A stretch of DNA of 64,000 nt from Pecten maximus. Its lineage: Eukaryota. The stretch's first letter is position 1; each line of letters begins with the position of its first letter. The notes under the pieces were generated by a model, which saw only the letters and a list, made by a program, of their open reading frames with translations, made no database searches and was not told where the DNA came from. The translations under genes were made by a program, and so were the position numbers. Where the stretch lies: the NCBI RefSeq assembly GCF_902652985.1, contig NC_047016.1, forward strand, positions 11,408,001 to 11,472,000. Reading direction: 5' to 3'. Positions 1 to 11,954 of this stretch are shown here, in pieces.

Positions 1-1601
1 ACAACAGCGATAATAATTTCAGTAGTATTTGAATATTCTTGTTCTTGTCATACCTAAATGTACTTAAATATTAATTTATAAACTGCATTAAATATGACCC
101 TAAAAGGTCTATACAGGAAGGGGTCAAATTATCACAGGGTTAATTACGGAGTGATTCAGTACAGGCCAGTAGTACAACTGAAGCATGACATAGATGGAAG
201 AAAAATGTAAATGTTTCTCTGAATTTTGACACTATTTTATGGATATAAAACATATATATTGTATAATTTGCATATATACATCTATAAATCGGTAACATAC
301 ATTTAAATAATAACACACACAAAACTGACACATCATATGAAGTGCCAGAGAACAATATAAACCAATATTTCATACTTCATACAAAACATAAACATGCAAA
401 TATTATCATATACGCTATGTATTTAGCAAAATAGCTGGACAAAATGATGCCATTTAAATGAAAGCAGAACTGAAGGTAAGCCCCCAGTACAGATTATAAC
501 TGGTATGCGTACACTCTGGTAAACATCTTAAGATATAGATGGTGAAAGTTAATCCTTTGAGTGATTTGATAAATGTTCCACAAAAGTTTCAAATACAACA
601 CCATTCATTTAAAAAGTACATCAATATAAATACAACCTTACTGAAGCAGGCCATAAATAAGACAAAATGTCAAATCTGTAGATGATTCTTTACCTGGTAA
701 TAAATGAGAAGAAGAAAGATTATGATAAGCAAATGCAGATAGATTTTTAGGCTATCTATAAATAGACATAATAAAAAATAGCACCATATTTGTTTGGCCT
801 CTAGCTATGCTTTCTTAACATGGCCAGCCAACTCTGAATTATCAGAGAATTTTAAGATCATTAAATATCTTTGGTTAAAATGAATATTTTAACAAAGATT
901 GGTAAATGACAGTGCAAAATAACCTTTCATACATCTACACTTCTATTTAAACTTAAACTGAACTCCACAGAATTTCCTAATGTACCCAGTCTCATTTGTC
1001 ATGAAAGTGACCAGCTTGGTATCACATGTACAATAGGAAATTCAGTGTATTGCCTAGATTGATATCTCTATTTCTCATAAACAGGTTTTAGTCATTGTGT
1101 AGTATTTTGAATAAGTTAATTGCAAATATAACTGTAAACTATTGTCATGGTCAGTTCATATTCTGTATTTCCATGTGTTAAATTCATAGGAAGATGAATC
1201 TTATTAGTCTGAAGATAATTTCAAGCCATGAATGTGATAATATTCCACCGTTCACATCTTATTACATTTAGTAATATCTTTACCCTCCGTCCAAAGTAGA
1301 GATATGTTTTTCTGTAGGAAATCAGTACATGCTGAATGCTGTAGTAAAAGCACAGTTCACAATAATGTATAAACTTTATCAAATCTATTATTCCTTTGTG
1401 ACCTTGGAAGCAGATCTGCTACTTCCATGGAGAAAGATGAATGATGACTTCAATAAAAACCCTGTCTTAACTGACAGAGATGTACAACATGTAGCTTTAT
1501 AAATGTCTAGGTTTTCCCATTTGTCTCTGTATTTAGCTTCCATGACTCCCTGCTGTTTTGAGTGATAATTGAGTATTCAGCCTCTCTGACAGCTCCTCGC
1601 C

Positions 1602-1683
1602 TCACCCTCGGCTTATCTTCTTGGACTTGTCATTTGTCTTTGGAGGTGGTGCAGACTCTGCAGCAATGTGGCGGCCATACAAA
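1602..1683 (-). CDS. RSU1: RSU1 terminal coding exon 9
   Basis: FLYGRHIAAESAPPPKTNDKSKKISRG then TGA (1604-1602). The nine exons sum to 813 nt = 270 aa + stop. Confidence 0.9.
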
Positions 1684-1931
1684 CTGCAGGAAAGGTGATT
1701 AGGAAGTAGTCAATTAAAACAACTAGAGGGTCTATATTGCTCACTTCAGTATTATCATAAACATGCCAAAATATCCCCCAAACACTAAATACTTAAAAGG
1801 ATGACACATATGTAACACATTTCATGCCTTGTCCATAAGAATTCTTACACTTCGTCATATTGCATGTCTTGTTGAAATATGATTAACTGTTCAATAGCAA
1901 TAGCAGTAATTTTAATAATCCCTGGGTGGGT

Positions 1932-1964
<33 letters not shown>
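1932..1964. repeat. Poly-G run
   Basis: About 33 consecutive G. Confidence 0.9.
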
Positions 1965-2067
1965 GCTATGATGTTCTTATATAAACCAGAAATTACATGT
2001 AGATTCGAAGTAAATTGCTGATGTTGGTATTGGATGGGAATCTTACCTTCCATTGTTAAAGACCCAC

Positions 2068-2200
2068 AAATTAATTTGTCTAGGCAAGGCTTGACCTAGC
2101 AGATTAATTTGTCCAGACAAGGCTGGACCTAACAGATTAATTTGTCTAGACAAGGCTGGACCTATTAAAAGATTAATTTTTCCAGACAAGGCTGGACCTA
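2068..2200. repeat. Short ~36-39 bp tandem repeat (attaatttgtc..gacaaggctggaccta)
   Basis: About 3.5 diverged copies. Confidence 0.75.
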
Positions 2201-2920
2201 GAGCCAATCTTGTGTACGTTACTTCTATGTTTAGCAACACCACAATAATGATATGTACATGTATAGTGGAAATCTCAACCATTACCCTTGTTCAGAACTG
2301 CCAACATTATCACATGGCAATGTTTCCAGTCAAATAAGAGTTTATATTCAATATATAGCTCCAGGTAGGTCAATTAAAGCTGTGACTTGCCAAATTACCT
2401 TTTTTTATCCTATCCTTCTGATCCCTAGAGAGTTGGCCCCATTTATTGTACACTTTTTTTTTTATCCCATAGTGATATCAGCTGGATCCCTTTAAATGGT
2501 CTGTAGTCTGAGTTTTCAACAGATTCCCCAACATTATCATGCTTTTCTCCCTCTAAGCAAAATAGTTTTTAATCTCTCAAATGACAAAGAAAAGTCACAG
2601 CTTCCCTTTATTATCACTATAGAATATCTACATCTTGTAGATTCTGAGTATTCTGTTCTCAAAGGAGACAGAACATGTATCATTAGTACCGCCCTCCTCC
2701 CCTCTATATCATATACATATATATATCTGTAGACAGTAATTAGAGTCCTCTCTGAAACATAGTATGAGAAATTCATACCATGCACTCTAATATAATTTTA
2801 ACTAGAATTTTCCTAAGTGCAAAGCACTAGCAAGTTTAGAAATAACTTTAAAACATGTACATCAGCAATAAAATGACTAAAAAGGAGAAATTTTCAGTTG
2901 AAATGACTCATAAAACTTAC

Positions 2921-3053
2921 AATCTGTAGGTGTCAGATCTGATGTAGTCAAATACATGAGACACGCCCACTTGGTACTGGTCAGCTATCGGGGTCACCCA
3001 AGGGTTGTTCTCTCCACGGAACACCTGCTTCGACCCCACAAGATCAAGGTTAC
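2921..3053 (-). CDS. RSU1: RSU1 coding exon 8
   Basis: GNLDLVGSKQVFRGENNPWVTPIADQYQVGVSHVFDYIRSDTYR, the hallmark RSU1 C-terminal region; 133 nt; AG/GT boundaries. Confidence 0.95.
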
Positions 3054-4247
3054 CTAAAATAAACAAATATCTTATACTCCTCAAATAAATCCATTCAAGA
3101 TATCTATTAGGGAACAATCTGATTTTCAGTAATTGTGCATTACAGCCCGATTTACTGATGATGATCCTGTATCATTTTAAGGAATTTTGTTTATTTTAAA
3201 TAGGCTATGGTTGCATTAACGTTTGCTGAAAAATGCAGAATTACTATTTTAAACCTCACTAGAGTTGACATACTAAGTTTAATTTTTAGACAGGTTGATC
3301 TTGATGTTTAAAATGTCTGACATGTATCTTGATAGACTTCATCATGATTCCCTACGCAGAAGATTCTGGTGAATTTGATTACTGTCCCAGTATATTTTTG
3401 TTCCAAGTTTCTAATGTCATGCATTCAATTTAAGGCTTTTTTTCTCCATATATCAATTTATCTGTATTATTAGATATTTGATCTTTGATAATTTTCTGTA
3501 GAAGACACTTATATCTGTTACTGATAAATTGGCCTACCTTATCTGTTTTGGTGATTTTTTGAATGGCAGATTATGTTACTATAGAAGCATTTCACATTTC
3601 GACTGATTTAAACCATGCAAACTCTTTATAGCTATTGGAATCTCCGTAATGGAATTGAGCAAAGTTTCGTCTCATAATCACTTCAACCAGCTCAAAAAAC
3701 ACAGTCATTTTTGTAGGCCTATTTCATGGAAATAACTCCAGAACCAATCAGTAGTATTCTACTTTCATTTTATGTATCAAATGTAGAAACAATCGGAGAT
3801 TTCACTTATCGCTTACCAATTGGAAAATCCATGACTAATCGATGGGTGAGAACCATTTTTTTTCAACTCAAAGAGGTGAACTCCCCTTGCACAAACCAGA
3901 CAGCAAGCGTAATAATTTGCCACGGAAAATAGTTTGTAATACTCAATGATTGTCTGTGATTTTGAACATTTTTTGTTATTATTTATTCATCTTAAATTGT
4001 CATTAAACATAAAAAAGCAAGAATCATATCATTTATTTACAAACAAATACTTTGCGGAAGGAGATCGTGTATCGTTTGGTTTATTTTGGAAGAAATCATT
4101 CTGTCCTATCCTGAACTTATCAGGATTTTATTTTCTATTGTAGAAATAAGCGGCAATTGATTTCCCCAAAGTGTTCAGAATGAATTTTTCTTCACTGATG
4201 ATAGCTAGAGGTGGCTGTGCAAAGCAAAACATCTAAAAATTGCAATT

Positions 4248-4335
4248 AACTAATCCATGGAACATTGATTTTCTGTACTAATCCATGGAACATTGATTTT
4301 CTGTACTAATCCATGGAACATTGATTTTCTGTACA
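4248..4335. repeat. 29-bp tandem triplication (actaatccatggaacattgattttctgt)
   Basis: Three adjacent copies. Confidence 0.8.
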
Positions 4336-4362
4336 TCAGGAAAGTTTTTCTGGATGTAAATC

Positions 4363-6266
4363 TCTACCCTCCACTCCATTACATACCTATCTCTATATCT
4401 ACCCTCCACTCCATTACATACCTAAGTCGGAGAGCGACCCGCCACGCCCCCAGGACAGATCCGAGCGCGAGAGCGACCCCGCCACCGCCAGGAACCAGAA
4501 CCGAGCGCGATAGCGACCCGGCCCCGGCCAGGACAGACCGAGACTCGATAGCGACCCGCCACCGCCAGGAAGCGGACCGAGCGCGAGAGCGACCCGCCAC
4601 GCCATGACAGACCGAGCGCGAGAGCTACCGCCACGCCAGGACAGACCGAGCGCGAGAGCGACCCGCCACGCCAGGACAGACCGAGCGCGAGAGCGACCCG
4701 CCACGCCAGGACAGACGAGCGCGAGAGCGACCCGCCACGCCAGGACAGACCGAGCGCGAGAGCGACCCGCCACGCCCAGGACAGACCGAGCGCGAGAGCG
4801 ACCCGCCACGCCAGGACAGACCGAGCGCCAGAGCGACCCGCCACGCCAGGACAGACCGAGCGCGAGAGAGCCACCCGCCAGGACAGACCGAGCGCCAGAG
4901 CGACCCGCCACGCCAGGACAGACCGAGCGCCAGAGCGACCCGCCACGCCAGGACAGACCGAGCGCGAGAGCGACCCGCCACGCCAGGACAGACCGAGCGC
5001 GAGAGCGACCCGCCACGCCAGGACGGACCGAGCGCGAGAGCGACCCGCCACGCCAGGACAGACAGAGCGCGAGAGCGACCCGCCACGCCAGGACAGACCG
5101 AGCGCGAGAGCGACCCGCCACGCCAGGACAGACCGAGCGCGAGAGCGACCCGCCACGCCAGGACAGACCGAGCGCGAGAGCGACCCGCCACGCCAGGACA
5201 CACAGAGCGCGAGAGCGACCCGCCACGCCAGGACAGACCGAGCGCGAGAGCGACCCGCCACGCCAGGACAGACCGAGCGCGAAGGCGACCCGCCACGCCA
5301 GGACGGAACGAGCGCGAGAGCGACCCGCCACGCCAGGACAGACCGAGCGCGAGAGCGACCCGCCACGCCAGGACGGACCGAGCGCGAGAGCGACCCGCCA
5401 CGCCAGGACAGACCGAGCGCGAGAGCGACCCGCCACGCCAGGACAGACCGAGCGCGAGAGCGACCCGCCACGCCAGGACAGACCGAGCGCGAGAGCGACC
5501 CGCCACGCCAGGACAGACAGAGCGCGAGAGCGACCCGCCACGCCAGGACAGACCGAGCGCGAGAGCGACCCGCCACGCCAGGACAGACCGAGCGCGAGAG
5601 CGACCCGCCACGCCAGGACAGACCGAGCGCGAAGGCGACCCGCCACGCCAGGACAGAAACGAGCGCGAGAGAGGCCACCCGCCAGGACAGACCGAGCGCG
5701 AAGGCGACCACGCCACGCCCGGACAGACCGAGCGCGCGAGCGACCCCGCCACCACGCCGTACAGAACGAGCGCTAAGAGGCACCCGCCAAGTGACAGACC
5801 GAGCGCGAGCAGCGATCCCGCCACGCCAGTACAGTACAGAGCGCGAGAGGCGACCGCCCTACGCCAGGACAGACCGAGCGCTAGAGCGACCCGCCACGCC
5901 AGGACAGAACGAGCGCGAGAGATCCAACCGACAGGACAGACGAGCGTCGAGAGCGACCCGCCCGCCATGACAGACAGAGCGCTAGAGCGGACCCGCCAAG
6001 CCAGGACAGACCGAGCGCGAAGGCTACCCTCCACGCCCGGGAAAGACGAGCGCGAAGGGACCCGCCAGCCATTACAGACCGAGCGCGATACTCGACCCGC
6101 CACGGCCAGGACAGATCCGAGTCGGCGAATCTACCCTCCACTCCATTACATACCTATCTCTATATCTACCCTCCACTCCATTACATACCTATCTCTATAT
6201 CTACCCTCCACTCCATTACATACCTATCTCTATATCTACCCTCCACTCCATTACTTACCTATCTCT
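4363..6266. repeat. 35-bp minisatellite in RSU1 intron 7 (~54 copies): AT-form at both ends, T->G 'GC-form' in the centre (~4426-6128)
   Basis: Flanking unit ctccattacatacctatctctatatctaccctcca; central unit cgccaggacagaccgagcgcgagagcgacccgcca; same period and register. Confidence 0.95.
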
Positions 6267-6373
6267 GGTGGTAGTACTGTAAGTCTGTTACCCTGGATAT
6301 GCAGCTCCTTGAGGCGAGGCAGTTCTCCCACCTCTTTGGGGAGGGCTATCAGATCGTTGTCTCGCAAAACCAA
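6259..6373 (-). CDS. RSU1: RSU1 coding exon 7
   Basis: [38 protein letters not shown]|gtaagt; 115 nt. Confidence 0.95.
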
Positions 6374-6951
6374 CTACAAAATCAATGTTGATATCTTTAA
6401 CATATCCCGTTCATATCTTGGTTATGAAACCCTTCTTATTTAGATTCCCAACCTTCATGGATTTTTTCACTCAAACAAAGTGGGTATGTAATTAGAATAT
6501 CTATTTACTCAGGTTAACTATGGTTATATTACAAATCATGCTCACATCAATAATTATCTGGGTCCATTTACTCTCCTTTCCAAGAACAGTTACACTGTAG
6601 TACATTATATCCACAAATCCACTATATAACAATCTGAATTCTATCACAAACAAGTTTGAATTCTTTTAATATTACATGAAAAAATGACTCTTTAATGACC
6701 CATAAAAGAAGTCTTGGTAATCAAAACTCACTGAGGCTTGACACACAGTGAAACTCTAATCCTACTTGAAATTAATAAAAAAATTCATATAACACATATT
6801 CTACCTTAAAGCATGTTTCTCATAAAATTTATAAAGTTTATATACAGGTAATTATTGGAGAAATGTTGTGAAACATTAAACACTCCAGTTAGGCACATCA
6901 GTGTTGCTTCCATGACTGTTCACATGATTTCTGAAGTTAGTGGTAACTCAC

Positions 6952-7034
6952 AATTTGAAGGTTCTTCAGTCGACCAATCTCAGGAGGAATGACTTCAAAA
7001 TCGTTATCTCCAAGGTACAGAGCCCTCAACGTAT
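6952..7034 (-). CDS. RSU1: RSU1 coding exon 6
   Basis: DTLRALYLGDNDFEVIPPEIGRLKNLQI|gtgagt; 83 nt. Confidence 0.95.
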
Positions 7035-7289
7035 CTGAAATTAAAACAATGCATTTTAACTCTGCTGTTTTAATGTTTATGCTATACACTGAAGTAGATT
7101 GTGCATGATGTGGGATGATTACCCAAACAATGCTACAATATTGACTTCAAAGATTATCCACAATTGTTTTTAATCATTATGTAAATCACTTTACAGTTTT
7201 CATTGGTAAGTTAAACATGTGTCAACTGATCAAGTTGGAAGAATCAATTAAATTTAATGTAAACAGTCACATTCTCCAATATAGGTCAC

Positions 7290-10200
7290 GTTACTAGCTC
7301 AGACTAGCAGGAATTTCCCTTCACCTCAGTGGTAGGATGTGGAGAGGATCAGACTAGTAGGAATTTCCCTTTACCTCAGAGGTATAGGATGTGGAGAGGA
7401 TCAGACTAGCAGGAATTTCCCTTTACCCCAGTGGTAGGATGTGGAGAGGATCAGACTAGCAGGAATTTCCCTTTACCTTAGAGGTATAGGATGTGGAGAG
7501 GATCAGACTAGTAGGAATTTCCCTTTACCCCAGTGGTAGGATGTGGAGAGGATCAGACTAGTAGGAATTTCCCTTTACCTTAGAGGTATAGGATGTGGAG
7601 AGGATCAGACTAGTAGGAATTTCCCTTTACCCCAGTGGTAGGATGTGGAGAGGATCAGACTAGTAGGAATTTCCCTTTACCCCAGTGGTAGGATGTGGAG
7701 AGGATCAGACTAGTAGGAATTTCCCTTTACCTTAGAGGTATAGGATGTGGAGAGGATCAGACTAGTAGGAATTTCCCTTTACCTTAGAGGTATAGGATGT
7801 GGAGAGGATCAGACTAGTAGGAATTTCTCTTTACCTTAGAGGTATAGGATGTGGAGAGGATCAGACTAGTAGGAATTTCCCTTTACCCCAGTGGTAGGAT
7901 GTGGAGAGGATCAGACTATTAGGAATTTCCCTTTACCTCAGAGGTATAGGATGTGGAGAGGATCAGACTAGTAGGAATTTCCCTTTACCTCAGAGGTATA
8001 GGATGTGGAGAGGATCAGACTAGTAGGAATTTCCCTTTACCTTAGAGGTATAGGATGTGGAGAGGATCAGACTAGTAGGAATTTCCCTTTACCCCAGTGG
8101 TAGGATGTGGAGAGGATCAGACTAGTAGGAATTTCCCTTTACCTCAGTGGTAGGATGTGGAGAGGATCAGACTAGTAGGAATTTCCCTTTACCTCAGAGG
8201 TATAGGATGTGGAGAGGATCAGACTAGTAGGAATTTCCCTTTACCTTAGAGGTATAGGATGTGGAGAGGATCAGACTAGTAGGAATTTCCCTTTACCCCA
8301 GTGGTAGGATGTGGAGAGGATCAGACTAGTAGGAATTTCCCTTTACCTTAGAGGTATAGGATGTGGAGAGGATCAGACTAGTAGGAATTTCCCTTTACCC
8401 CAGTGGTAGGATGTGGAGAGGATCAGACTAGTAGGAATTTCCCTTTACCTCAGTGGTATAGGATGTGGAGAGGATCAGACTAGTAGGAATTTCTCTTTAC
8501 CTTAGAGGTATAGGATGTGGAGAGGATCAGACTAGTAGGAATTTCCCTTTACCCCAGTGGTAGGATGTGGAGAGGATCAGACTAGTAGGAATTTCCCTTT
8601 ACCTTAGAGGTATAGGATGTGGAGAGGATCAGACTAGCAGGAATTTCCTTTACACTAGTGGTAGGATGTGGAGAGGATCAGACTAGTAGGAATTTCCCTT
8701 TACCCCAGTGGTAGGATGTGGAGAGGATCAGACTAGTAGGAATTTCCCTTTACCCCAGTGGTAGGATGTGGAGAGGATCAGACTAGCAGGAATTTCCCTT
8801 TACCTTAGAGGTATAGGATGTGGAGAGGATCAGACTAGCAGGAATTTCCCTTTACCCCAGTGGTAGGATGTGGAGAGGATCAGACTAGTAGGAATTTCCC
8901 TTTACCTCAGTGGTATAGGATGTGGAGAGGATCAGACTAGCAGGAATTTCTCTTTACCTTAGAGGTATAGGATGTGGAGAGGATCAGACTAGTAGGAATT
9001 TCCCTTTACCTCAGTGGTATAGGATGTGGAGAGGATCAGACTAGTAGGAATTTCTCTTTACCTTAGAGGTATAGGATGTGGAGAGGATCAGACTAGTAGG
9101 AATTTCCCTTTACCCCAGTGGTAGGATGTGGAGAGGATCAGACTAGTAGGAATTTCCCTTTACCCCAGTGGTAGGATGTGGAGAGGATCAGACTAGCAGG
9201 AATTTCCCTTCACCTTAGAGGTATAGGATGTGGAGAGGATCAGACTAGCAGGAATTTCCCTTTACCTCAGTGGTAGGATGTGGAGAGGATCAGACTAGTA
9301 GGAATTTCCCTTTACCTCAGAGGTATAGGATGTGGAGAGGATCAGACTAGTAGGAATTTCCCTTTACCTTAGAGGTATAGGATGTGGAGAGGATCAGACT
9401 AGTAGGAATTTCCCTTTACCCCAGTGGTAGGATGTGGAGAGGATCAGACTAGTAGGAATTTCCCTTTACCTTAGAGGTATAGGATGTGGAGAGGATCAGA
9501 CTAGTAGGAATTTCCCTTTACCCCAGTGGTAGGATGTGGAGAGGATCAGACTAGTAGGAATTTCCCTTTACCTCAGTGGTATAGGATGTGGAGAGGATCA
9601 GACTAGTAGGAATTTCTCTTTACCTTAGAGGTATAGGATGTGGAGAGGATCAGACTAGTAGGAATTTCCCTTTACCCCAGTGGTAGGATGTGGAGAGGAT
9701 CAGACTAGTAGGAATTTCCCTTTACCTTAGAGGTATAGGATGTGGAGAGGATCAGACTAGCAGGAATTTCCTTTACACTAGTGGTAGGATGTGGAGAGGA
9801 TCAGACTAGTAGGAATTTCCCTTTACCCCAGTGGTAGGATGTGGAGAGGATCAGACTAGTAGGAATTTCCCTTTACCCCAGTGGTAGGATGTGGAGAGGA
9901 TCAGACTAGCAGGAATTTCCCTTCACCTTAGAGGTATAGGATGTGGAGAGGATCAGACTAGCAGGAATTTCCCTTTACCCCAGTGGTAGGATGTGGAGAG
10001 GATCAGACTAGTAGGAATTTCCCTTTACCTCAGTGGTATAGGATGTGGAGAGGATCAGACTAGCAGGAATTTCTCTTTACCTTAGAGGTATAGGATGTGG
10101 AGAGGATCAGACTAGTAGGAATTTCCCTTTACCTCAGTGGTATAGGATGTGGAGAGGATCAGACTAGTAGGAATTTCTCTTTACCTTAGAGGTATAGGAT

Positions 10201-10970
10201 GTGGAGAGGATCAGACTAGTAGGAATTTCCCTTTACCCCAGTGGTAGGATGTGGAGAGGATCAGACTAGTAGGAATTTCCCTTTACCCCAGTGGTAGGAT
10301 GTGGAGAGGATCAGACTAGCAGGAATTTCCCTTCACCTTAGAGGTATAGGATGTGGAGAGGATCAGACTAGCAGGAATTTCCCTTTACCCCAGTGGTAGG
10401 ATGTGGAGAGGATCAGACTAGTAGGAATTTCCCTTTACCTTAGAGGTATAGGAATGTGGAGAGGATCAGACTAGTAGGAATTTCCCTTTACCCCAGTGGT
10501 AGGATGTGGAGAGGATCAGACTAGCAGGAATTTCCCTTCACCTTAGAGGTATAGGATGTGGAGAGGATCAGACTAGCAGGAATTTCCCTTTACCCCAGTG
10601 GTAGGATGTGGAGAGGATCAGACTAGTAGGAATTTCCCTTTACCTCAGTGGTATAGGATGTGGAGAGGATCAGACTAGCAGGAATTTCTCTTTACCTTAG
10701 AGGTATAGGATGTGGAGAGGATCAGACTAGTAGGAATTTCCCTTTACCTTAGAGGTATAGGATGTGGAGAGGATCAGACTAGCAGGAATTTCCTTTACAC
10801 TAGTGGTAGGATGTGGAGAGGATCAGACTAGTAGGAATTTCCCTTTACCCCAGTGGTAGGATGTGGAGAGGATCAGACTAGTAGGAATTTCCCTTTACCC
10901 CAGTGGTAGGATGTGGAGAGGATCAGACTAGCAGGAATTTCCCTTTACCTTAGAGGTATAGGATGTGGAT
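7290..10970. repeat. 50/52-bp minisatellite (~70 copies) in RSU1 intron 5
   Basis: Unit cagactagtaggaatttccctttacc[ccagtggta|ttagaggtata]ggatgtggagaggat. Confidence 0.97.
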
Positions 10971-11264
10971 ATTTTAGGTCGCCTTACTAGATCAGACTAG
11001 CAGGAATTTCCCTTTACCCTAGCAGAGGATGTTTGCCTTGAGACCATGAGGTTGCTAGGTCAAGCCCCAGCATTGGGCAGGGTATTTTTCATTATTCCAT
11101 CCTATTACAGATTTGGTGTCATTGATCACTCTTAAGTGTTATCTATAGGAGATTAAGAGGTTTCCCTGGAGCTAAAGTCCTTGGTTGTGGTTGTCTTTGG
11201 GGACAAAAACTTTAAGAGGGAGGGAGTAGGGTAAAAAGTGGAAATAATAGGTCATCTTACAGGC

Positions 11265-11710
11265 ACAGACTAGCAAGAATTTCCCTTTACCCTTGTGGTA
11301 GGACAAGGAGAGTATAGGTCACCTTACTAGCTCAGACTACCAGGAATTTCCCTTTACCCTAGTGGTAGGACAAGGAGAGTATAGGTCACCTTACTAGCTC
11401 AGACTACCAGGAATTTCCCTTTACCCTAGTGGTAGGACAAGGAGAGTATAGGTCACCTTACTAGCTCAGACTACCAGGAATTTCCCTTTACCCTAGTGGT
11501 AGGACAAGGAGAGTATAGGTCACCTTACTAGCTCAGACTACCAGGAATTTCCCTTTACCCTTGTGGTAGGACAAGGAGAGTATAGGTCACCTTACTAGCT
11601 CAGACTACCAGGAATTTCCCTTTACCCTTGTGGTAGGACATGGAGAGTATAGGTCACCTTACCAGCACAGACTAGCGAGAATTTCACTTTAGCCTAGTGG
11701 TAGGATGAGA
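11265..11710. repeat. 67-bp tandem repeat related to the 50/52-bp array (~6.5 copies)
   Basis: Unit cagactaccaggaatttccctttaccctagtggtaggacaaggagagtataggtcaccttactagct. Confidence 0.92.
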
Positions 11711-11812
11711 GCAAGAGGTCGTTAGTTTGATGCCCACCATGGGCAGGGTATTTTTCATTACTCCTTCCCTTTACAAATATCTACCTAAAAATATACATAG
11801 TACTGTCTTTAC

Positions 11813-11931
11813 CCAAACAAAAGAAGTTTCCAGGCAGTGACCTCTCATTCAGATTGTTATATGTCAGATCCAAAACTTCTAGTACAGGAATGGCACCAAA
11901 TCCACGAGGCAAGGAATTCAATTTATTCATC
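11813..11931 (-). CDS. RSU1: RSU1 coding exon 5
   Basis: MNKLNSLPRGFGAIPVLEVLDLTYNNLNERSLPGNFFCL, very close to the RSU1 LRR core; AG/GT boundaries; 119 nt. Confidence 0.95.
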
Positions 11932-11954
11932 CTGAAAATGTAAATAATTTTTAA

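Noticed and set aside
4426-6128. GC-rich island suggesting bacterial contamination, horizontal transfer or a CpG island
   Set aside because: It is in register with the flanking host repeat and is a T->G image of it.
4293-6443. Long overlapping ORFs (390-492 aa) on both strands, R/A/D/P-rich or W/R/G/S-rich
   Set aside because: The GC-form repeat has essentially no T on + and no A on -, so stop codons cannot occur. The region is intronic, the 35-bp period is not a multiple of 3, and the sequence is probably miscalled.
7290-10970. CRISPR-like regular array
   Set aside because: No unique spacers, only 2-4 recurring unit variants; eukaryotic intron; no cas genes. The same applies to the 40-, 29- and 25-bp arrays.
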